Origin: an uncultured virus (IMG/VR IMGVR_UViG_3300048502_000057)
Lineage: Duplodnaviria > Heunggongvirae > Uroviricota > Caudoviricetes
DNA length: 64,000 nucleotides
Strand: one strand, 5' to 3'
Virus record (IMG/VR): IMGVR_UViG_3300048502_000057
In this document: positions 1 through 7,796 of the stretch, piece after piece
Layout of the letters: every line of letters begins with the position of its first letter
How positions within the stretch are numbered: the first letter of the stretch is position 1
Notes under the pieces: generated by a model
What the model was told of the DNA's origin: nothing
What the model saw: the letters and a program-made list of their open reading frames with translations, nothing else
The model's database searches: none
Position numbers and translations under genes: made by a program

Positions 1-3
1 GAG

Positions 4-354
4 CTATCCGGCTTTGTCGAGTTTTTTCGATTCGGTGATTTTGTCGGAGCCGTCTGGGAAAAACCCGCCTAACTTCATATCCCAATTTGCGCGGGTGAGG
101 GCGTCTGCCCATTCGCCTAACAGCGCACAAAGAGTTTGCCGGCCAGAAGTCGTCAACATTGTGCACGTACCGCGGAAATTGAAGCGCAGCCATCCTTCTT
201 GAACGCAGCGGGAAATAAGACGATTGCGCCAGTACCGACTTGTTTTGTCTTCTTTGGGGATTGTTCTCAAATTCAAAATGTAAGGTACGGCGCAATCAAT
301 GTGCTCAATCAATAAATCTCGCATCTCGGGAGTGATCTTATTTGTTGATTTCAT
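4..354 (-). CDS. hypothetical protein
   Basis: 116-aa ORF, AAGGGG RBS upstream on the minus strand, divergent from the operator/promoter at 384-412. Confidence 0.6.
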   Translation of the reverse strand: MKSTNKITPEMRDLLIEHIDCAVPYILNLRTIPKEDKTSRYWRNRLISRCVQEGWLRFNFRGTCTMLTTSGRQTLCALLGEWADALTRANWDMKLGGFFPDGSDKITESKKLDKAG

Positions 355-383
355 TGAATTTTGCCCCTTTGTTCAAATAGCTC

Positions 384-420
384 TAGCATTGGGGATAATT
401 TTCCCCTATAGTTATCCACA
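384..420 (+). promoter_or_regulatory. promoter with palindromic operator in the spacer, followed by a DnaA-box-like 9-mer
   Basis: TAGCAT-N17-TATAGT; GGGGATAATTTTCCCC at 391-406; TTATCCACA at 412-420. Confidence 0.55.
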
Positions 421-446
421 TGTCAAGCTTCCAAGGATCTGATGCG

Positions 447-773
447 ATGAAGTGGAAACTCAAGCGCACGGTGCAATGCGAGAAATGCCCATGGCGTGTT
501 GACGTTGATCCGCACGATATCCCGAATGGGTACTGCGAACGGAAGCACGCTGCTCTATCTGAGACAATAGCCGTGCCCGGCGACTTTCGTGGTTCTAGCA
601 AAGCCATGGCATGCCATGAAACGCACAATGCGCATTGCCTCGGATGGCTGATGAATCAGATCGGCGTAGGAAATAATATCGGCCTTCGTATTCGGATGAT
701 GAATTGCGAGAATGCTAGCAAGATTCGCCTTAAGGGCGAACAGCACGCTACGTTCGAGGATACATTACCGTGA
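447..773 (+). CDS. Cys/His-rich phage protein (DUF6283-like)
   Basis: QCEKCPWR...MACHE...CLGWL motif pattern. Confidence 0.55.
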   Translation: MKWKLKRTVQCEKCPWRVDVDPHDIPNGYCERKHAALSETIAVPGDFRGSSKAMACHETHNAHCLGWLMNQIGVGNNIGLRIRMMNCENASKIRLKGEQHATFEDTLP

Positions 774-945
774 CCTTGCGCAAGGAACTGATATGCTGGT
801 CGGTTCTGAAACGATTGATACCCTCGTTTTTGCGCCGCGAACCGGCTCCTACTCTTGCCGAAGCCAACATTCGCGTGCAGCAGGCTTTGCGGAACATTCC
901 CCGGTCTTGGTATGATGTTCGCTATCAGCAACCAAGGAAATCAAA

Positions 946-1125
946 ATGAGCAGACTAGACGATCTCGCCCATGAATTATGGGCAACCGCTCAACTTCTGC
1001 CCGGAGAATGCATTCTAGACGGCGTTGAGCGCATCAAGGAAACGATCAGGGAGTTTGCCGCCAATGAAGCGCATCAGTACGCCAACGATTCGGAAAAAGG
1101 CGCGACGAGCTCCGATCCGTTGTAG
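946..1125 (+). CDS. small hypothetical protein (59 aa, not in ORF track)
   Basis: AAGGA RBS; MSRLDDLAHELWATAQLLPGECILDGVERI... Confidence 0.45.
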   Translation: MSRLDDLAHELWATAQLLPGECILDGVERIKETIREFAANEAHQYANDSEKGATSSDPL

Positions 1126-1289
1126 CCACGGGATCTTGCTTTCGGAGAAGTGCGCGAAATGCGAGATCGATAGCAACGATCTTCGCCGGCCATGGGATTA
1201 CGGCCAATCAATCGGAACGGGGCCGACAATGCGCCCGACAAATCCTCACCCTGATTCGGATCGGGCGAGAAACTTAGAGGCAAAGCGCC

Positions 1290-1937
1290 ATGAACAAGAA
1301 ATTTGACCCATACGAGGTTCTTGGCGTCGATCGGAATGCTACCGAAGCCGAGATCAAGAAAGCTGCCAAACAATCGGCGCGCAAGGCGCATCCCGATGCA
1401 GGCGGCAGCGATGACGCGTTCATTGAAAACCGCAAGGCGTTAGCCGTACTCTCAAATCCAGAGAAGCGCGCCAAGTTTGACGCGACCGGAGCTATCGACG
1501 AAGAAAAACCCGACAATTCAACGTCGATAGCAATGCAAATCATAATTTCCGTTATGGCAGAAATCACGAACGGCTATCTTGCGAGTGGTTTCAGTTCGTC
1601 AAGAGATCCGCGTCATTTTGATTTGATCAAGCTCGTTGAGGGCAAGATCATGGATAAAATTGATAATGATCAGGAAACGGTGCGGCAGGGTAAAAAGCAC
1701 GCGGCTTTTCTCCAAGATTTCGTGAAACGGTTCAAGTTGCGCAAAAAGGGAAAAGCATCATTCGATTTCATTTCCCGTCAAATCAATGACGAGATCGCCG
1801 TCATCGATGCCAAGATTGCGGAAGTAGAAATCATGATTGAAAGCACGAAGCTAGCCTTGGAATTGCTCGCGTCCTATCACTATGATTTCGACAAGCCGCA
1901 ATCAACGGTGATGAACTATTATTTTACGACCACATAA
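1290..1937 (+). CDS. J-domain (DnaJ-like) protein
   Basis: DPYEVLGV...EIKKA...AHPD...VLSNPEKRAKFD, canonical J-domain with HPD; coiled-coil C-terminus. Confidence 0.85.
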   Translation: MNKKFDPYEVLGVDRNATEAEIKKAAKQSARKAHPDAGGSDDAFIENRKALAVLSNPEKRAKFDATGAIDEEKPDNSTSIAMQIIISVMAEITNGYLASGFSSSRDPRHFDLIKLVEGKIMDKIDNDQETVRQGKKHAAFLQDFVKRFKLRKKGKASFDFISRQINDEIAVIDAKIAEVEIMIESTKLALELLASYHYDFDKPQSTVMNYYFTTT

Positions 1938-2141
1938 CCCGTAAAATAACCGCCCAAAGCCCTATGGTCGCAAGAAACGAAACAAGCGCAAGAAACTCAA
2001 CAGGTCCGCCTAGAATGATAGTCTCGATGATGATCTTCTTCATAGCCAAACTCCGGTCAAAAGCCGCGTCATTGCGGCAACGATCAAAGTAACGGACAGG
2101 CGTTAATAAACCGTAAACTCGAAACAAACAGGGGAACAAAA

Positions 2142-2294
2142 ATGCAGGCTTTCCACAACGACGCCACTATCAAATCCGCTATCATGGCCGGTCTCGCGGT
2201 CCACCGTGCCGCAGACGAACTTGTTCAAGGGTCATATTGGGAGAACGGCAAAGGTTGCGCAGTCGGTTGCACGCTCGAAACGATCCGACGATGA
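2142..2294 (+). pseudogene. N-terminal fragment of a conserved phage hypothetical protein
   Basis: GGGG RBS; MQAFHND...HRAADELVQGSYWENGKGCAVGCTL, then frameshift and abrupt loss of similarity. Confidence 0.45.
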
Positions 2295-2563
2295 AAGGCG
2301 CCAAAACCATTGATCATTTCAGTAATGTTGCCCGGGATGCTTGCCGGCCCCGTCGTCGCCTTACCAACGTCAAACGCAAGATAACCGCAGAACAGCGACA
2401 TGAATTAGTGGAAATCTATCGGCACATGGGATTGGAAATATCCCAGCAAATGTGCCTCGAATACGGCGTATCAGCCGAATATGCCCGGCGCGAATCCAAC
2501 GCCATGTACGGATCAACCGCGTCACATCGAAGGCAACGTCGAACGCCTTAAGAAAGGAAGTTT

Positions 2564-3463
2564 ATGACAATCGAATCCCTGATGATGAAACCTCTGTGCA
2601 TCTACCATGGCGGCTGCGACGACGGATTTGCCGCCGCCTGGGTTGTCCGGAAAGCCCTCAAGGGCAACGTCGATTTCCATCACGGCACCTACCAGCAGGA
2701 TCCGCCGCCGCACGCCGGCCGCGACATCATCATGGTCGATTTCAGCTATAAGCGCCCAGTGCTGACCGAGATGGCCAAACACGCGAATTCGATCCTGATC
2801 CTCGACCATCACAAGACGGCGCAGGAGGATCTGGCGGACATTCCGGCCCCGCGAAGTTTCGAAGCGTGGCGCAAGTTTGTATGGCTCGAAATGCCGAATG
2901 TTGTACCGCGGCGGCACATGGCGGCGCTGTTCGACATGGAGCGATCCGGCGCCGCTCTGGCCTGGGATTATTTCATCGGCAGCGAACGGCCGACTTTCAT
3001 CGACTACATTCAGGACCGCGACCTCTGGCGCAAGCAACTGCCGGGTGGTGACGAATTTACGATCGCGCTGCGCTCTTGGCCGCAATCGTTCAATGTTTGG
3101 GATGATCTGATCGGGCACGCCGTGCAGAGCCTGATCGACGAGGGCACGGCCATCCAGCGCTACTACCGCCTGCGGGTAGAGGAACTCAAACGCCACGCCT
3201 ACCGGGCACGGATCGGCGAGCACGCCATCTGGATCGCCAACGCGCCCTATTTTGCGGCCTCCGAGGTTGCCGGCGAATTGGCCGAACGAAACGGGGTTGC
3301 GTTCGGCGCCTGCTATTTCGAGGTCGCACCAGGCAGATATCAGTACTCGCTGCGCTCGCGCGGCGATTTCGACGTGAGCGCGGTCGCCCGCCGGTTCGGC
3401 GGCGGCGGCCATCAATCGGCCGCCGGCTTCACCACGCCCGTCATGGCACATCGCCATGATTGA
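2564..3463 (+). CDS. DHH/DHHA1 phosphoesterase (NrnB-like)
   Basis: IYHGGCDDG, DF, LDHH, DRDLW, YSLRS and GGGGH..AAGF motifs. Confidence 0.88.
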   Translation: MTIESLMMKPLCIYHGGCDDGFAAAWVVRKALKGNVDFHHGTYQQDPPPHAGRDIIMVDFSYKRPVLTEMAKHANSILILDHHKTAQEDLADIPAPRSFEAWRKFVWLEMPNVVPRRHMAALFDMERSGAALAWDYFIGSERPTFIDYIQDRDLWRKQLPGGDEFTIALRSWPQSFNVWDDLIGHAVQSLIDEGTAIQRYYRLRVEELKRHAYRARIGEHAIWIANAPYFAASEVAGELAERNGVAFGACYFEVAPGRYQYSLRSRGDFDVSAVARRFGGGGHQSAAGFTTPVMAHRHD

Positions 3464-3468
3464 CCCAC

Positions 3469-3497
3469 TAGACCGGGACAATTTTCCCGCCTAAATT
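3469..3497 (+). promoter_or_regulatory. promoter with operator copy
   Basis: TAGACC-N17-TAAATT; CGGGACAATTTTCCCG at 3474-3489. Confidence 0.45.
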
Positions 3498-3503
3498 AAT
3501 CAA

Positions 3504-4007
3504 ATGGCTAATCCAAACCCAAAACCCCCTGCTCCCGGCCGAAGCCCTGGCCGCCCCGTCGGCGTTAAGAACAAATCAACCATCGCCCGGGAAGAGCTCG
3601 CCAAAGCCCAAATAGCCGAGGCTCAGGCCGCGGCTAGGATATCAAGCAAAACACCCGGCGGCAGCAAGTTCGCAATCCATGAAATGCAGAAGGCCCTAGG
3701 TATCGCTGAGAGCTTCGCTGGTGCGTGCCAGCCAAAGCTTGAGCAAGGGCCGGACGGGAAGCCAAAACTCATAGGCGGCGATCCTAAGGCGTTTGGCGAG
3801 TGGTTTGACCGATACTTCAAGGTTCTGACCGTCCTGGCAGAGTATCAGGCGCCCAAAATGCGCGCCGTTGACGCTCCGACCCCGCCTCCGGACCCCGGCG
3901 AGGAACAGCGCAAGGCCCAAAAGCGGTTCGGCCTGCGCATCTTCGAGGGCGGCCGGCAGATCAAGGAGCCGGGCGCGGCGGCTGATGACGGGGAAGGTGA
4001 AGTTTAA
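3504..4007 (+). CDS. putative terminase small subunit
   Basis: GRPVGVKNKST N-terminal motif, helical core, located upstream of TerL. Confidence 0.5.
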   Translation: MANPNPKPPAPGRSPGRPVGVKNKSTIAREELAKAQIAEAQAAARISSKTPGGSKFAIHEMQKALGIAESFAGACQPKLEQGPDGKPKLIGGDPKAFGEWFDRYFKVLTVLAEYQAPKMRAVDAPTPPPDPGEEQRKAQKRFGLRIFEGGRQIKEPGAAADDGEGEV

Positions 4008-4047
4008 CGCTTGTCTAACGCGTTAAACTAATCTAGTCTAACCGATC

Positions 4048-4290
4048 ATGAGCGACATACTTCAAATGATCGGGCGAATTAGGCGGGCTATGCCTCGCAA
4101 TGTCGAGGTGATGGCGTTGTGTGATGAACATGAAAAATTATTGGCGAGTAGCTCAGCGGTAGAGCATGGCGCTGTTAACGCCACGGTCGCAGGTTCGATC
4201 CCTGCCTCGTCAGCCAAACCGCCGTTTGATCGGAAAGCCTACATGCGCGACTACATGAAGCAGCGGCGGAAGAAAGAGAAAGCCAAGTGA
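4048..4290 (+). CDS. hypothetical protein overlapping tRNA-Asn
   Basis: 80 aa, basic C-terminus FDRKAYMRDYMKQRRKK, GTGA overlap with the next gene. Confidence 0.55.
   Translation: MSDILQMIGRIRRAMPRNVEVMALCDEHEKLLASSSAVEHGAVNATVAGSIPASSAKPPFDRKAYMRDYMKQRRKKEKAK
4142..4216 (+). tRNA. trnN: tRNA-Asn(GTT)
   Basis: Acceptor TGGCGAG/CTCGTCA, D-arm GCTC/GAGC, anticodon stem TGGCG/CGCCA with loop CTGTTAA, T-arm GCAGG-TTCGATC-CCTGC, discriminator G, encoded CCA. Confidence 0.9.
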
Positions 4291-4532
4291 AGCCGCTCGC
4301 TATCGACCTCTTTGCAGGATTAGGTGGCTGGACGGACGGCCTTCTCGCCGAAGGCTGGCAAGTGATCGGTTTTGACATTGAGCGTCACGTCTACGGCGAG
4401 CATCGCTACCCCGCGCAATTGGTCGTGCAGGACGTTCTCACGCTGCACGGCTCGCAATTCCGCGATGCTGATCTGATCGTGGCTTCACCGCCTTGCCAAG
4501 GACAAATAGTAAGGGTCGCGCGTAAGCGATAA
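4287..4532 (+). pseudogene. truncated C5-cytosine DNA methyltransferase
   Basis: Motif I IDLFAGLGG and motif IV ASPPCQ; ORF ends about 10 residues after the catalytic PC. Confidence 0.75.
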
Positions 4533-4543
4533 ACACCCGCAGA

Positions 4544-5889
4544 ATGAACCGTCACGTTCCCCCAAGCCCGGCAGGCGGCGCCGTACCGCCTGACTTCTGG
4601 ATCGAGTACGAAAGACCGTATCTCTACCCGAAGCAGTTCGCGGCGATCTATGACACGCACCGTTACAGCCATAATCCGAGGCATCACTAAATGCGGGAAA
4701 AACGAGCCGGGTGTATCGCGTGGCTCGTAGAAATGGCCCTAAGCGGCCAACCGGGCCAAAACTATTGGTGGTGTGCCCCAGTATCCGATCAGGCACGTAT
4801 CGCATTTTTGCGAATGCGCAGATCGTTGCCTCCCGATGTTTATACTGTCAGCCGAACTCTCAAAACGGTCACCTTGATCAATGGTGCCGTGATCTGGTTT
4901 CAAAGCGGCGACAAGCCAGATTCGCTTTACGGAGAAGATGTTTACGCGGCGGTGATTGATGAGGCGTCTCGATTTAAGGAAGAGGCCTACATCGCTATCC
5001 GGACAACTCTCACCTATACGAAGGGGCCGATACGCATCATCGGGAATGTCCGCGGGCGCAAGAACTGGTTTTTCAAGATGGCTCGCCGTGCAGAGCGGGC
5101 GCAAATGCTCGGTATCCCGTCCGAGCTGGCTATCACAAGATCGTCGCGGCCGATGCTGTAGCCGCAGGAGTGCTCGATCAGGCGGAGATCGACGAAGCCC
5201 GCGAGCAAATGCCAGAGCAATGGTTCCGCGAGCTCTACCTAGCCGAGGCGAGCGACGACGGCGGCAACCCGTTCGGGATGCAGCATATCGAGGCGTGCAT
5301 CAGGCCGGAGATAGGGTTTAGGACTGGGGTTGTATCGAGCAAAGCACCGCGGGCCTGGGGCTGGGATTTCGCGAAGAAACGGGATTATTTCGTTGGGATC
5401 GGCCTCGATGAGGACGGCGCAATCTGCCGGTTTGTCCGGCACCATCACATGCCATGGGGCGAGGTGAAAAATACCGTCGTCAAGGAAATGGGGAATTGCC
5501 CTGGCCTTGGCGACAGCACGGGCGTTGGCGATCCGATCGTAGAGGATATCCAGCGCATGCTCGGGCAGCAGCCGGGCGGTGAGGGCTCGTTTCAGGGCTA
5601 TGTGTTCACGTCGGCAAGCAAGCAACGGCTTATGGAGGGCCTTGCTGCGGCGATACAGGGGCGAACGGTTTGGTTTCCGGACAATGTTGTGCGCCAGGAG
5701 CTCGAACAATACGAGTTTGAGATTAGTCGGACCGGAGTTCGCTACACGGCGCCGCCGGGATATTTTGACGATTGCGTTTGCGCGCTTGCCTTGGCCCGTA
5801 TGTGTTTTGCCGTTATCCCGGCTCCGGTTAGGGTGATGCCTCAGACGTTGCGCCAAATTGCGACAATGCCAAAGCGGAGGAAACATTGA
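4544..5889 (+). CDS. terL: terminase large subunit (split by frameshifts near 4670-4710 and ~5135)
   Basis: YPKQ adenine-binding motif, garbled Walker A, WWCAP, VIDEA Walker B, ELYLAE, GWDFAK, DSTGVGD, DDCVCALALA nuclease motifs. Confidence 0.9.
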
Positions 5890-6256
5890 TCGTTTATCGA
5901 ATAATCACGACGCCAAACGTAAGGTTATATCGGCGGATCGCTATACCGTAGCTCACTGCCCGCGGTGCAAATGGCCGTTTCATTGCCCGAATGAGCAGAT
6001 ACTGCCGGACGTGCGAAACCTTGGAGAAAACATGAGAGCAGGTGCGCCAAATCAATGTTTGATTCCGACTCCGCTGCCGCCGAATGAATCTGAAATCTAT
6101 AGCCGTATTCGCGACTTGCTGATTAAGACGCACTGTGATGCCAAATGGCATCAATGCTGTGGCCGGATCACGATTGACCGCGAGCACATTACATTCAATT
6201 GCCCGTTATGCGGCGATGCGCGGAACATAATAACGGTAGAGCCTGAGCCGGCGTAG
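5858..6256 (+). CDS. hypothetical Zn-finger protein (start uncertain)
   Basis: CPRC and CPLC pairs. Confidence 0.5.
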   Translation: MRQCQSGGNIDRLSNNHDAKRKVISADRYTVAHCPRCKWPFHCPNEQILPDVRNLGENMRAGAPNQCLIPTPLPPNESEIYSRIRDLLIKTHCDAKWHQCCGRITIDREHITFNCPLCGDARNIITVEPEPA

Positions 6257-6325
6257 CTCAATGGCAGAGCAACCGCAGCGGTAAAAGCGGATAGGTTGGG
6301 TAGTTCGACTCTCCCCGCCGGCACT
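6247..6325 (+). tRNA. degenerate tRNA (Thr-like)
   Basis: Acceptor GCCGGCG/CGCCGGC, TAGCTCAATGGCAGAGC D-arm, GTTCGACT T-loop; oversized anticodon loop (AGCGGTAAAA), bulged T-stem, no CCA. Confidence 0.6.
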
Positions 6326-6336
6326 TTTTTCGGATC

Positions 6337-6380
6337 GGGGAAAATAATCCCTTGACCCCTCCGATTTACCAGCGCATATT
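6337..6380 (+). promoter_or_regulatory. operator copy abutting a sigma70-type promoter
   Basis: GGGGAAAATAATCCCT at 6337-6352; TTGACC-N17-CATATT. Confidence 0.5.
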
Positions 6381-6670
6381 GATTTCACGCCGCGGGGATG
6401 GCCCGCAGCAAGAGCCAAGAGGGCTAGAAAATGACCGAATCCAAAAATCTCAATAACCTCACCCGCTCGGCAGGTTTGTACCGCGCCGCAACGTTCTCCT
6501 GAACGTCCAATGCGAACCTCACGGTTGGTTGCTGACGGATATCGCCTACGATCCAAGGGGACCGTCCGCCTCGAAGATCGCAAACCGGCTTGGGAAGTCG
6601 GCATGCCAGCTGATCGCGAATCGCCGAATCGACCGGAATGTACGCTGCCGCTCTTGTGGAGGCCTGAGCC

Positions 6671-6874
6671 ATGACCAAACTCCCAAACCCCTTCGAAGTC
6701 CTGAACCGTCCGAACCCCTTCAAGCCGGTGACCATGCCAAACCCGTTTGAGACGGTTCTAGCCGAGATTGCCGAGATCATGGAGGCCAAGCCGGCTGAGG
6801 TGATCGAGATGCGCCGCCCTCGGCTCCGCGATATCCTGACCCAGTTCGATGAGCGCGGCCGGCGGATCGGCTAA
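6671..6874 (+). CDS. small hypothetical protein with three PNPF repeats
   Basis: GGAGG RBS; 67 aa. Confidence 0.6.
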   Translation: MTKLPNPFEVLNRPNPFKPVTMPNPFETVLAEIAEIMEAKPAEVIEMRRPRLRDILTQFDERGRRIG

Positions 6875-6927
6875 CCCCCATCTGGGCGCGAATGCCCGGC
6901 TAACCCCTCAGATCAGGAAAAACGACA

Positions 6928-7113
6928 ATGGTTGAAATGAATAAGCAAATCGAAATCGCCTGCGACCATCACGAAGCTGAGCAGTTTCGCGATTGGCTGA
7001 TTGCTCAGGGCTATGACGCAAAAATTGGCCGATCCAGCGGTAACTATATCGATGGCATCCGATCAACGGATGAAATCAATCGCCTGTGGGCTGATTACTG
7101 CAACAGCGATTAG
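6928..7113 (+). CDS. small hypothetical protein
   Basis: AGGA RBS; 61 aa. Confidence 0.55.
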   Translation: MVEMNKQIEIACDHHEAEQFRDWLIAQGYDAKIGRSSGNYIDGIRSTDEINRLWADYCNSD

Positions 7114-7229
7114 TGGCTCGCCGGGTTATGCTGTGCCTGGGCTGAGGGCCAATTCCCGAACCCCTCGGCCAATCCGCCAGCGTACCCCGATAAGACCGGG
7201 CGATAACCCCTCTAATCAGAGTCGGCCAC

Positions 7230-7472
7230 ATGAAACCGCTTTACGCTCTTTTCCGCGAACGGTGCGGCCTCTCGATCTCGGAGGCCGCGGAATACCACGG
7301 GGTATCGGAGAACTCGATCAAGTCGTGGTGCAGCGGGCGTCGGGCACCGCCAGACGGGGTTTTAAACGAGCTCCGGGGCCTCTACAGGCACATTGAGCGC
7401 AATGCGCCGCAGCCTATGCCAGATGGAGCTCGATCGGCCGCGATGGCGTTGATAGCGATCCGGGCAGATTGA
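7230..7472 (+). CDS. XRE-type HTH protein
   Basis: RERCGLSISEAAEYHGVSENSIKSWCSGRR. Confidence 0.75.
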   Translation: MKPLYALFRERCGLSISEAAEYHGVSENSIKSWCSGRRAPPDGVLNELRGLYRHIERNAPQPMPDGARSAAMALIAIRAD

Positions 7473-7553
7473 CGTTTAGCCGCGCTTGTGCCAAATATCG
7501 CTTGCCATCTTCCCCGGTTGGCATTGACGCAGGTATCCTTGATCGCATCGGCT

Positions 7554-7586
7554 GAGAGCCGCCCCATGCCCGGGGCGGCTCTTTCC
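7554..7586 (+). terminator. intrinsic terminator-like hairpin
   Basis: AGAGCCGCCCC/GGGGCGGCTCT followed by a short T run. Confidence 0.6.
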
Positions 7587-7699
7587 GTATAAGGGTAGGA
7601 GAACTAAATTTTTAGAAATACCCGAGGGGAGAGCTACGTGGTTTAGGGCTTGCCCTTTTGCCTGGAGAACGGAACATCCGCCTCCGAACAGTAGCAGTT

Positions 7700-7740
7700 A
7701 AAGCCGTCGGTCCTTAAAAAGGCCGGCGGCTTTTTCTTTT
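7700..7740 (+). terminator. intrinsic terminator
   Basis: AAAGCCGTCGGTCC/GGCCGGCGGCTTT followed by a T tract. Confidence 0.75.
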
Positions 7741-7796
7741 GGTTGCTCCGAACGCTTGAACCTGCCAGATATGTTCAAGGTATCGGAGGCGGTTCA

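Noticed and set aside
4001..4030. CtrA boxes (TTAA-N7-CTAAC at 4004, TTAA-N7-TAAAC at 2103)
   Set aside because: Each has a mismatch, and the 4001-4030 site is equally explained by a 10-bp hairpin; too weak without a PSSM scan
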